Part shown: one piece after another, positions 1 through 9,061 of the stretch | Position numbering within the stretch: the stretch's first letter is position 1 | Layout: each line of letters starts with the position of its first letter | IMG/VR virus record: IMGVR_UViG_3300034418_010258 | Location: 1 to 39,890 of that record | DNA length: 39,890 bases | Direction: 5' to 3' (one strand) | Origin: a virus | Lineage: Duplodnaviria; Caudoviricetes | Program-made: the position numbers and the translations under genes | Notes under the pieces: model-generated | What the model saw: only the letters and a program-made list of their open reading frames with translations | What the model was told of the DNA's origin: nothing | Database searches by the model: none

Positions 1-129
1 CGCAAGTTGTTGATTCTCTTGCGAATCCGGCGGAACAAATCCTCCGATTCCGTCTTCGATCCGGATGCCCGTTTCGCCACTGCCGCTCTCTTCTTGTTCG
101 CCTTCGACGCGTAGGTGGTTTCCCCTTCA
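1..129. repeat. Terminal direct repeat, left copy (assembly circularisation overlap)
   Basis: 4-129 is identical to 39765-39890. Position 3 (C) differs from 39764 (T). Confidence 0.95.
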
Positions 130-3100
130 CCGGTCAGCCACATATTCAATTCGACTGCGTCCAATGTCGCCCACTCACCGAACCCGAGAAGGTGACCGAT
201 GAATCCTTTCTTGCCCTCACCGATGCCGACAATTCTCTTCAATGCCGTTTCCAGCTTCTCAGGGTTGCCCTTGGCATCACGGATTGCCTCGACGGCATCC
301 TGCAAGTTGCGGAGGTTGAATGCATTCTTCTTCGGGATCCCGACAGCTCCGGATTTGTAGGTGCCTTCGGGATTCTTCTTTGTCGGTTGCTTCTTCGACC
401 GGAGATCATTTCTCCCGAATGCATCACGGAGGATGAGTCCACTCTCCCAGTCCGGTTTGCGGAAGATCCCCTTCTCAATGTTGTCGAGTGCCTTCTGCCC
501 GTCCTCAGTTCCAAGCCAATATGCCGCCAGTTCTTCCGGTCGCATCTGTGGCTGCCCCTTCTTGCCGACTGCCATGTAGAGCGGGTCCGGATCGAATTCG
601 ATGCCGTGCTTCACTGCATGTGCCTTGATGGTAGACACATCGATGGCATCCGCCCCGATGGAGGCGATCGTGATCCAGTATGCTTTGGCGACATCCCTGG
701 GTGAGGTTTCCCCGTTGAGTAGATCCTCCCGCTTTTCGAGAATGTAATCGATGACAGGATCCAGGTATTCCGGGTAACTCCCCAGCATCGCGACCATCTC
801 CTTCGTCGGAGTGAGTTTCACGTTCTTCAGGTAGTCGCGAACCTCGTCCGATGACATCCCTTTCACCTCTGCCTCCAGCATCTTCGCCGGCGAAAGAACC
901 GAATAGGTGATCTCATCCCGCGTTGCGTCGAATCGCTGGGAGAGCGGGATCACATTGCCGGATTGGTCGTAGGTGACTGGATCGGCGGATTTGATCTGGT
1001 TGGGTCGCCTGACTACCCAAACATCCATGTCCGATTTGGTAGTATTGACGCCCTCCTCTTTTAACTGTTTGAATTCAAATTGGTGAGCCTCTCTAAAATC
1101 GTCAGGTTTTAGATACGCTGCAATGACCCTCGGATCAGGCGCCCCTTCAAACGTCCCGTTTTCGTCGTAGTATTTCTTTCGAGTCCTGCCGTGTCCGAAT
1201 AGCTCCGCCATCGACTCCTTAGTGGCAAACATTGCCCCAGTGTCGGGAACCTCGAAAATTGTCCAGTCTCCTGGTGTAGTTCCATGGAATACAGGACCGA
1301 CAGTATATCCTGCTGCCTTCGCCGCCTCATCGACCATCCGTTGCGCCGCCTCCATATCCCCGGCCTCGACCGCCGCAAGGTAGTCCGAATCGCTCTTAGC
1401 AGTCGAAAGAACCGAATAGCTAATCTCATCCCGCCCCTGATCGAAGCGTTGCGAAAGCGGGATCACATTGCCGTCTGCGTCGTAGGTGATTGGATCGGCG
1501 GATTTTAAGCGTATCAATTCGGGATGGATGATAACCGCACCGTCAGCGGCCAAATATCCCGGAACCCCTTCGGTCCGTGGATCATTTCGCAACGCCTCAA
1601 TGAATGAAGGTTCGTCCCATAACATCGCGTCGTCCACGATGGGGGCAGAGTTAAGCAGATAGGCCGCCTCGTCCCTGCTTAGATCGGGCTTATGTGGAAG
1701 GTTTTCGTTCGCCCAATTTGCCGCAAATTCAAAAATCCATCCAGGGAGGTGTGTCAGATCCTCCTTGCGAATTAGATATTCCTTGTCGCCAAATTCCAGA
1801 TTCTCTCCCCGCTTTGCAAATTGGATCACGTATCCAGTCTCTGTCGGGAGCTTTGAATCCTTGTGTCCCCTCCTATGCGATAGATCATACCCTGCTGCCT
1901 TCACCGCCTCGTCGACCATCCGTTGCACAACCTCCATGTCGCCGGACTCGACTGCCGCAAGGTAGTCCGAATCGCTCTTAGCAGTCGAAAGAACCGAGTA
2001 GGTGATCTCATCCCGCCCCTGATCGAATCGCTGGGAGAGCGGGATCACATTGCCGGATTCGTCGTAAGTGACTGGATCGGCGGATTTGATTTGGTTGGGA
2101 TTTTCCACAGTGTGGATTCCCTTCCAACTGTCTGAGCCGCGTAGGTAAAATGCCTTTACCACCCCAGTGGCAATGGTTCCTTCGGCATTTACTCCTGTGG
2201 CGTAAGATGTCGCTATCTCCTTGTTTTCTGCGAAGTAAGCAAACCCCGAAAGAATCGATTTGGTTTTCCTGATTAGAAATTTCGTGAAGTCATCAGGCGC
2301 CCCCGTCCAGTTTGGACTTCCGTGATACACCACCGGTGAATCATACCCTGCTGCCTTCGCCGCCTCATCGACCATCCTCTGCGCCGTCTCCATGTCGCCG
2401 GCTTTGACCGCTGCCATGTAGTCAGCATCCATCTCAGGCGAGATTGCAATCGTCGAAAACGTCGCAGGCGCCTGTCGTCCACGCGTCAGTTCTTCTGCCA
2501 TCCTGACCGCTTCGTTCTCCACCTCTCGCGTGAACATCCGCCCCTCCTGCATGCCCAGGGATTTCTCGAGCATAGCCTCGAGTTCCGGGTCGATACCCTC
2601 CTTCTCACGCACCTTCCCAATCGTTTCCGCTCTCCGCTGCATTGCACGGAAGATGTCCCGGTAGGCTGCCATGGCGCCGCCGAGTCCGGAGTCGATCATG
2701 TTAGAGAACAGTTGTCGATATGTTTGCCCGACCTCCCCGAGGTCTTCCGATCGGGTCAGGAAGTAGGAACGCACAATCGAGGAGTATGCCTCCTTCACAT
2801 CCGACTCGACGATCTCCCCTTCCTCCGGGAAGAGGACGATTCCGGAAATTTCCTCGAACCTGCGAAGCTTATCCAGGAGGAAGTCCATTCCCATCTCGCC
2901 CATGATCCGGCCTGCGTCCGCCTCCGATGTCTCCTCCAGCACAGTCGCCAGGGTTGCTCCGCGGAAAAGTTCCACGTTCCGGACGAAGATGCCGTCCGCG
3001 AATTCATGCGACGATCGACCGAGGATCAGGTGGATCATTTCCTTGTCGCCCTCATCCTGTGATGCTGCCATCGCGGCCGCCTCCGCTTCCTTGAATTCCT

Positions 3101-5615
3101 GCTCTGTTTTCTTCCCGAGGTCATCAATTTCGGAAACATCCTGCTGAGACCCCTCTGCTTGCTCCCTGTCTGCCTGCTCCTCGCGTTTCCGCAGTTGTTC
3201 CTTGTCTCCACCCTCCTCACGCTCCTGCTGCGTTGTACGCGATTCTGGGGAGAACATGAAGCGGGTCCGAACACCCCTGCCCTGGTTCTTCTCGATGTGG
3301 CTGAGAAGGGTTCGGGTATCTTCCGACAGGTCGACCTGCCTCTCCGTGAGAATTTTATGCTGCCGTCCCTTCGCTTCCTCAAACGTCTTAAAGAATTGCG
3401 TAGCCGGCTGCATTTCGACGAATGTCCCGTCCTTCTGCCTCACCTCCTGAACGAGTCCCCATCCCTGTTCTGTCTGGACAATGGAAGGAAGCAGGCCGGC
3501 CGTCTGTAGGATGTCGAGTTGCTCCCGCGATTCGAGCATCTTCTTCATCGCTTCCCGCGCCCCTATGGCGCCATCGGTCGCTACCTCATCGAGGGATCTG
3601 CCATCCATCCCGAGATTCGCCATGGATTCGCGTAACTTCGCCTCCGCTTCCGTGAACTTCTTGCTCTTCGCCAGTTCGGAGATGTCGAGCGCGTCGTCCA
3701 GGTTGATGCCGAATCCCCGGAGTAGTTCCGGTTGGGTGAGTGACTGCTGCAATTGCAGGTTGTCCCGGATGCTTCCCGCTCCCGCCCCTAGAAGGACCAG
3801 CGGCAGCACCGCGGCGAACAGTTCCGGCTGCCGCTTGATTTGATCGTTGATGATCGCTCTCCACTCAAAGTCCGGGAAGTCCTGCTCCGCTGCATCGACG
3901 AATTCCTCCACGATCTCCGCCGACAGCAGTGGCGCCACATCCTGGAAGTTTTCCGTGATCATCTCTGTCACCGTTCCGGATGCGAGTCTCTCCAACCCTC
4001 GAACGACCCGTCCCGGTGCCGTCGTGTTCCATACCCACTTGTTGAAAAAATCCGAGACGATCGGCGCCTTTCCAAGCACGATCTTCGCGTTGATTTTTTC
4101 CGCCAGTCCCTGGAACGGTGCCGCAATGAGAGAAGCAGTGTGCGCGTTTTCGTCGGAGAGTCCCATCTCCTTCAGTTGGTAAAATCCCTGATCCGCCATT
4201 GCCGCGGAGTTCACGACCATACCCACGTAGGGGACCATTGCCATCGCAGTGTAGGGAACCGATCGGGCTGCATCGAGCAGACCTTGCCCAAGCAGACCAT
4301 CATGCCTCGACGGGTCGACGACTATCTCCGCAGTCTGCCTCATCTGGTTGTGGATGTTGAGCAATTTCTGCTGCCTTTCCAGCTTCTCGATGCCCTGCTG
4401 GATGAGTTCAGGGTCCGCTTTCGATCCGGGCCGGACATCGGTGAAAAGTATTTCATCCTCTCCCGCCGCGCTCCGCATGTAGGCAATGTTGGTGATGTCG
4501 TCGAGGGTCTCCGGAGTCCCGTAGAAAAGAGGGTTCTCCTGCTTCAGGTATTTGAGCTTCGCCTGGATGTCCGTCCGCTTCAGAGTGCTGATCGGTCCGT
4601 ACCCCAAGTCCTGAACACCTCGTCCGAAATTCTCCGCCAGTTTCTTCCCGTAGTCCTTGTCGACCCCGTCGGAGAGAACATCGAAATTCCCGAGTAGAAA
4701 TTTCACCCTGTCCTCCGGCAGGTCTGCCCATCGTTCTGCCATCTCCGCGTAGGAAGAAGGTTTCTCGACCTTGTCACGGGTTCGCCTTCCAACGGTGACC
4801 TCCCCAAGAACCTCACCTTCCCGGACCCCGGTCCTCAACTCCATCTGGTCGTGCGTCCAGAGCATGAGTTCCCGCTCTTCGTTCGTCAGGGATCCGTGAA
4901 TCTTTTCCCGTGCCGACTCTGCGATCTCGCCCCACTTGCTCTCTCGACCTTCGTAGAGCGGATTTCCTGCGAATCTCTCCTCGAGCAGTTCTGCCGTGCG
5001 GATCGAGTCATACCCCCGCACCCCTGCTTCCCTTGCCGCCTTCAGGATGTCGTTGTCTGAGAAATTGATGTCCTGCCCCAGTCGATCAAAGAACGCAGGA
5101 GCGTCCTCGATCTTCTCGCCGAACACCTCCTCCGAATACTGCGCGATCAGGTCTGGAAGGTATCCGTCGAGAATGTCGTCTGTGATCTCAGGGTTCTGAG
5201 CCTGGAAGTATCTGCCGGTGAAAAACGTCTTCACTGCATCCTTGTCCCCCCGGAAGGATTCCTCGATCTTGCCTGCCTTGTCTGGGTCGAGACCGTAGGT
5301 CGGGGATGTGAACGCTTTCCGCGCCTCTCCGAACGCTTTCCTCTGCTTCTCCTTCGCCGAGTTCGGGAAAGCTTTCTCGCCCAGGCGTTTCTGCTGCTGG
5401 ACGTATTTGCTGACCAGGGTGGTCGCCTTCTTTTTGTAGTTCTCGTCGTCTGTCTGTAGCCAGAGTTTCTGCGCCGCCACTGCCTCATCTTCGGTGATCA
5501 GGGACGGGCCGGCCGGCCCTACCTGTTTCGGCTGAATGATCGGTTCATCTTTTTCCTTTTCCCTTTCGATCAGATCGTCCGGACTGGGAATTGTGCTGAA
5601 AGATTGCTGTGGCAT
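1..5615 (-). CDS. Giant polyvalent virion/ejection protein, N-terminal part. It continues across the junction into 39761..34664; total ~3,570 aa.
   Basis: ATG at 5615 (MPQQSFSTIPSPDDLIE...) is in the same frame as the 34664..39841 ORF. Manual translation found no stop down to position 1. The track lists no minus-strand ORF in this frame because there is no stop inside the window. Contains three ART-like repeats and an HhH motif. Confidence 0.9.
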   Translation of the reverse strand, partial: MPQQSFSTIPSPDDLIEREKEKDEPIIQPKQVGPAGPSLITEDEAVAAQKLWLQTDDENYKKKATTLVSKYVQQQKRLGEKAFPNSAKEKQRKAFGEARKAFTSPTYGLDPDKAGKIEESFRGDKDAVKTFFTGRYFQAQNPEITDDILDGYLPDLIAQYSEEVFGEKIEDAPAFFDRLGQDINFSDNDILKAAREAGVRGYDSIRTAELLEERFAGNPLYEGRESKWGEIAESAREKIHGSLTNEERELMLWTHDQMELRTGVREGEVLGEVTVGRRTRDKVEKPSSYAEMAERWADLPEDRVKFLLGNFDVLSDGVDKDYGKKLAENFGRGVQDLGYGPISTLKRTDIQAKLKYLKQENPLFYGTPETLDDITNIAYMRSAAGEDEILFTDVRPGSKADPELIQQGIEKLERQQKLLNIHNQMRQTAEIVVDPSRHDGLLGQGLLDAARSVPYTAMAMVPYVGMVVNSAAMADQGFYQLKEMGLSDENAHTASLIAAPFQGLAEKINAKIVLGKAPIVSDFFNKWVWNTTAPGRVVRGLERLASGTVTEMITENFQDVAPLLSAEIVEEFVDAAEQDFPDFEWRAIINDQIKRQPELFAAVLPLVLLGAGAGSIRDNLQLQQSLTQPELLRGFGINLDDALDISELAKSKKFTEAEAKLRESMANLGMDGRSLDEVATDGAIGAREAMKKMLESREQLDILQTAGLLPSIVQTEQGWGLVQEVRQKDGTFVEMQPATQFFKTFEEAKGRQHKILTERQVDLSEDTRTLLSHIEKNQGRGVRTRFMFSPESRTTQQEREEGGDKEQLRKREEQADREQAEGSQQDVSEIDDLGKKTEQEFKEAEAAAMAASQDEGDKEMIHLILGRSSHEFADGIFVRNVELFRGATLATVLEETSEADAGRIMGEMGMDFLLDKLRRFEEISGIVLFPEEGEIVESDVKEAYSSIVRSYFLTRSEDLGEVGQTYRQLFSNMIDSGLGGAMAAYRDIFRAMQRRAETIGKVREKEGIDPELEAMLEKSLGMQEGRMFTREVENEAVRMAEELTRGRQAPATFSTIAISPEMDADYMAAVKAGDMETAQRMVDEAAKAAGYDSPVVYHGSPNWTGAPDDFTKFLIRKTKSILSGFAYFAENKEIATSYATGVNAEGTIATGVVKAFYLRGSDSWKGIHTVENPNQIKSADPVTYDESGNVIPLSQRFDQGRDEITYSVLSTAKSDSDYLAAVESGDMEVVQRMVDEAVKAAGYDLSHRRGHKDSKLPTETGYVIQFAKRGENLEFGDKEYLIRKEDLTHLPGWIFEFAANWANENLPHKPDLSRDEAAYLLNSAPIVDDAMLWDEPSFIEALRNDPRTEGVPGYLAADGAVIIHPELIRLKSADPITYDADGNVIPLSQRFDQGRDEISYSVLSTAKSDSDYLAAVEAGDMEAAQRMVDEAAKAAGYTVGPVFHGTTPGDWTIFEVPDTGAMFATKESMAELFGHGRTRKKYYDENGTFEGAPDPRVIAAYLKPDDFREAHQFEFKQLKEEGVNTTKSDMDVWVVRRPNQIKSADPVTYDQSGNVIPLSQRFDATRDEITYSVLSPAKMLEAEVKGMSSDEVRDYLKNVKLTPTKEMVAMLGSYPEYLDPVIDYILEKREDLLNGETSPRDVAKAYWITIASIGADAIDVSTIKAHAVKHGIEFDPDPLYMAVGKKGQPQMRPEELAAYWLGTEDGQKALDNIEKGIFRKPDWESGLILRDAFGRNDLRSKKQPTKKNPEGTYKSGAVGIPKKNAFNLRNLQDAVEAIRDAKGNPEKLETALKRIVGIGEGKKGFIGHLLGFGEWATLDAVELNMWLTGEGETTYASKANKKRAAVAKRASGSKTESEDLFRRIRKRINNL
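891..2423 (-). repeat. Intragenic direct repeats (full junction copies ~1306-1505 and ~1885-2099; half copies 891-1004 and 2341-2423) delimiting three variable cassettes
   Basis: The repeats encode QIKSADPVTYDxSGNVIPLSQRFD...DEIxYSVLS and DYLAAVExGDMExxQRMVDEAxKAAGY. Offsets between copies are 513, 582 and 456 nt, all multiples of 3. Confidence 0.95.
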
Positions 5616-5636
5616 GGCGTGACGTTCCCTGGAGTA

Positions 5637-8600
5637 TCACCCCTGCGGGAACAAATCTCCAGTCAGATCTTGTTCCTCTCCCTCGTCATCCGGAAGGACG
5701 ATTCCTCCCGCGACCTCTTCCCCTCCTTCTTTATAGTCGCCGGAATACGTGACCGTAGGAGTCCGGAATTCAGGTTCCTCACCGGGCCCGTCTGCATCGA
5801 TCGGAAACGCCATCGGGTCCGATTTCGCCTTCAGGTAGTTCTCATGCCCCCCGGCTGCATACATGTCGAACGCTTCGCTCCATAACTCATGAGGCATGTT
5901 GTTGCTGCCTTCGTGCCGCGCCTTTTCCATGAACAGCATCATCATCATTTTCTTGTTCCGGACGAAAACGTCGTCGATGACCATGTTCGGGTCGAATCCC
6001 CTGGGGATGTTATCCCATCCCTCGTTGCCGCCCCGCCACTTGTAGAGGGCATCCTTCAAGGTCATGCCTGTGTATTTAGACGCGAAGAGATCCATGTTCG
6101 CGGCTGCACCGTGAACCGGGGTCGGGAACAGTGCAATCTTGTGACCACCTCCAATGATGCCGTACCCCATCGTCGCGTAGAGGTTGTCGCGTTCCCGAGG
6201 GTATGCTGCCCCAGGGTTGTTGTATCGAACGTTTGCGTTGACCCCGTTCTTCGGGATGTCGTTCCTCACCGTATGCTGATCCTTCCTTACCTCTACGGTC
6301 TGCATGATCTTCATCAGGTTCTGCGGACCCTCATACCTGACCGGCTGACCGTAACCGAATCCACCTTGGCCGCCGGAGATGCGTCGTGCATTCATCACGC
6401 GTGATCCATAGAAGTCGTTCGGGTCTCCCATGTTCATCACCTTCCTCTTCACCGGTCCGCCCATCGTGTTCCGACCGATCATCTCTACGGCACCAGTGCG
6501 AGGGTCTACCGCAGTGACGATCTCCACATGCGTCTCCTCCCGTCCGTGAGTGGCGTTGTAAGTATCGCGGAAGAAAACCAGGTCACCGGGCTGGATCCCC
6601 TGTGGCGGGACGTATGCGCCGATCTCGTCCCTGTTGAGACCAGCGGCTGAGTCAGTCATCTTCCCGCTCATGTTGATGCCGGAATCCTTCATCACGTTGG
6701 AGATGAAGTCGGCGCACATAGCCGGAGTCCCCTTCTTGTAGTGCTGCCCCTCCCATTGCATTGCCGTTTGCAGCACTCCTCCTGCATGGATGCTGGGTGG
6801 TCCGAACTGCTTGATCGAGCCTGCATTGTTCGCCGGAATCACCCCGCTCTTCGCAGAGTAGCCTCCCACGATCGCCTGCCCGGTCGAGCGTAGACCCCCG
6901 GACGAATTATAGATCTCCTCAGTGCTAAATGTGGGAAGAGGTCTCATCGATGGCGACGGTGACGGTGCCGCTCCCTCCGCCGGTGGCAGTTCCTCCATTG
7001 TTGTGCCGGACCTCTTCAGGGCATCGTCGACGAGTTTCATGGTAGCGGCCAGGGCATCGTTGTCACCCTCCTCCGCCTGCTTTGCTGCTTTCTCCATGAG
7101 CGAAGCGGCGCCCTTCGGTTCTTCGGGTGCCTCTCCTGCCGGACCGTAGTATTTCATCCCTCCGGGTGCTGCCTTGTCCCCCAGGATTTCCTTCGCCTTT
7201 TCGCGACCTCGTTTCTGATCGATGCCTCCGGCGCCGCTTCCCATCGCGTCCATTGCTTCCTGCATGCTGCCATACTTGCCGCTCTCTACAGCTTGCTTGA
7301 ATTCCTCCTGTGCGTTGAGGTAGTCCTGATACTGGCGATTCTCACGGTTCCGGTCGATGACGTATGCCTCCTTGTCCTTCTCGTAGTCCTTTTTGTTCCG
7401 GACCTTTTGCTGGTCCTCCCATGCCAGGTCGACCTCGACCATCGTGCCTCCGGTCACGTTGTCGATGTCATCACCACCGAACCATGCTCCAACGAAGTCC
7501 CGGAATCCTCCAGGAAGAGTGATCAGGTTCTCCCCTGACTTCAATTCTTCCGGAGTCGCCGGCCGGACGAATTTGGGACGACCTGTCAGCGGATCGACAA
7601 TTTCCGTCATTTCGCCAACAGGCACCTTCCCTCCATCGGTGACGTAGTTTCCGAACATCCTTCGCTTGAACTCCGAATGGGCATCCGAGGCGTTGATCGC
7701 TTTCGCGTCTCCGTTCTCCTTCGCAAAGAGCATGGCGGAAAGGTCTTTGATCTCTTCGGCTGCCATGCCCGAGACTTTCATGCCCATCAGGATCCGGCGC
7801 TTACCCATCCCTGACTTGTCCGTCTTCGGATCCCATTCCGAAATCTGACTAAGAAACTTGGTTCGCCTCTTTGCTGATGCCTCCAGTCCTCCCGCCATCC
7901 GTTCATTCAGGATGCCCTGAAAATAGGAATCGATCTCCAACCCTTTTTCCTTGGCGAAAGAAATTGCAGCGGCCGGAGTTCGGATCTCCCCCTCCGCAAT
8001 AAGGCGGCCTGCTTCCTCGAGTGGTTTTTCGATCGATTGCAGATAGACGTTGTCGGCTGCCTCCAGCAGACTCTCACGCGCCCCTTCCGGAAGGTCGGGC
8101 CAATTCTTTGCGAATCCATCCGGACCAGGTTCACGCAGCATGCGGGAAACCTTCCGCGCCTGCCCGTCTTCGATCATTCCGCGGATGTCCCTTTGCGCCT
8201 GCCCTGCCTTGTAGGTCTTATTCAACTCGATCTCCAGAACCTTCTTATCGTTGTCGTCGAGAAACTGCGATGCCCGGATCTTTTGCAGACCTGCATCGAG
8301 GTCACCCTGCTCCGCGAAGATGAACGACTCTTCCTTGATCAGTTCGGTCTCCCGCTGGGTGAGGGCATCCTCAAACCCCTGCATTGCCTTGTCTCGTTCC
8401 TCATCGGAGAAAATGTTGTTCTTGTGGAGTCGATCGATGATCGAAATGCCGCCATTCACATTCAGTTCCTCCACAGCAGTCTGGAGGTCCAACTCTGACG
8501 CCTCCTTGGCCTGCTGGACATTCGATCTCGCTGCATCGATGGCGAGCGTTCCCCGCCCTTGAATGTATTTCGCCTCAATCGCGGAGCGGACGGCAAATTC

Positions 8601-9059
8601 GTTGTCCTTGCTGAATTGGATGTCACCGGTGACCAGACTCTCGTTGAAGTCCGACATGCGTCTGTCGAATTCCGGCACCCAGTTCTCCGGCGCCCCGGGG
8701 TTCTGCGCCCTCCATTCCTCGAACCCGTTCACGACCTGGGCATATCCCATCTTCACCTTGTGCTCATCGCGGATCTGTCGGGCCGCCATGTTCGCCTGCT
8801 TGAACTGCCCAAATCCCTGGAACATCGAGCCGACTGCGTTGGCAATAGACTGCAAACCTTTCGCCTTTGCGGTGTAGATTTCCTTCGGAATCAGGGGCAT
8901 TTGAGACTTGTCCCCGAGAACCTCCAACTGCTTCGCGACCTCCTGCATGGCGCGCTCCTCACCAGAGAAGTCCACTCGAGGCAAAGAGTTGTCTTCTGTG
9001 GGCATGCTGCCCCCTGTCGGAGCGGATGCTTCTGCTATATGCTGGGGAATGAATGCCAT
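5637..9059 (-). CDS. Internal virion/ejection protein with C-terminal NlpC/P60 peptidase and lysozyme-like domains
   Basis: 1140 aa with a helical N-terminal region. NlpC/P60 motifs: MCADFISNV, IQPGDLVFF, THVEIV. Lysozyme-like motif: RYNNPGA...FPTPVHGAAA...Y...TL...LYKW. Located between the tail genes and the giant protein. Confidence 0.75.
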   Translation of the reverse strand: MAFIPQHIAEASAPTGGSMPTEDNSLPRVDFSGEERAMQEVAKQLEVLGDKSQMPLIPKEIYTAKAKGLQSIANAVGSMFQGFGQFKQANMAARQIRDEHKVKMGYAQVVNGFEEWRAQNPGAPENWVPEFDRRMSDFNESLVTGDIQFSKDNEFAVRSAIEAKYIQGRGTLAIDAARSNVQQAKEASELDLQTAVEELNVNGGISIIDRLHKNNIFSDEERDKAMQGFEDALTQRETELIKEESFIFAEQGDLDAGLQKIRASQFLDDNDKKVLEIELNKTYKAGQAQRDIRGMIEDGQARKVSRMLREPGPDGFAKNWPDLPEGARESLLEAADNVYLQSIEKPLEEAGRLIAEGEIRTPAAAISFAKEKGLEIDSYFQGILNERMAGGLEASAKRRTKFLSQISEWDPKTDKSGMGKRRILMGMKVSGMAAEEIKDLSAMLFAKENGDAKAINASDAHSEFKRRMFGNYVTDGGKVPVGEMTEIVDPLTGRPKFVRPATPEELKSGENLITLPGGFRDFVGAWFGGDDIDNVTGGTMVEVDLAWEDQQKVRNKKDYEKDKEAYVIDRNRENRQYQDYLNAQEEFKQAVESGKYGSMQEAMDAMGSGAGGIDQKRGREKAKEILGDKAAPGGMKYYGPAGEAPEEPKGAASLMEKAAKQAEEGDNDALAATMKLVDDALKRSGTTMEELPPAEGAAPSPSPSMRPLPTFSTEEIYNSSGGLRSTGQAIVGGYSAKSGVIPANNAGSIKQFGPPSIHAGGVLQTAMQWEGQHYKKGTPAMCADFISNVMKDSGINMSGKMTDSAAGLNRDEIGAYVPPQGIQPGDLVFFRDTYNATHGREETHVEIVTAVDPRTGAVEMIGRNTMGGPVKRKVMNMGDPNDFYGSRVMNARRISGGQGGFGYGQPVRYEGPQNLMKIMQTVEVRKDQHTVRNDIPKNGVNANVRYNNPGAAYPRERDNLYATMGYGIIGGGHKIALFPTPVHGAAANMDLFASKYTGMTLKDALYKWRGGNEGWDNIPRGFDPNMVIDDVFVRNKKMMMMLFMEKARHEGSNNMPHELWSEAFDMYAAGGHENYLKAKSDPMAFPIDADGPGEEPEFRTPTVTYSGDYKEGGEEVAGGIVLPDDEGEEQDLTGDLFPQG

Positions 9060-9061
9060 GA

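Noticed and set aside
1-129. Biological terminal repeat (T7-like DTR)
   Set aside because: It falls mid-gene and is k-mer sized, which fits an assembly overlap better.
891-2423. CRISPR array or DGR template/variable repeats
   Set aside because: The repeats are long, in-frame and coding, and their differences are not adenine-specific. No cas or reverse transcriptase gene is recognisable, despite the BPP-1-like structural genes.
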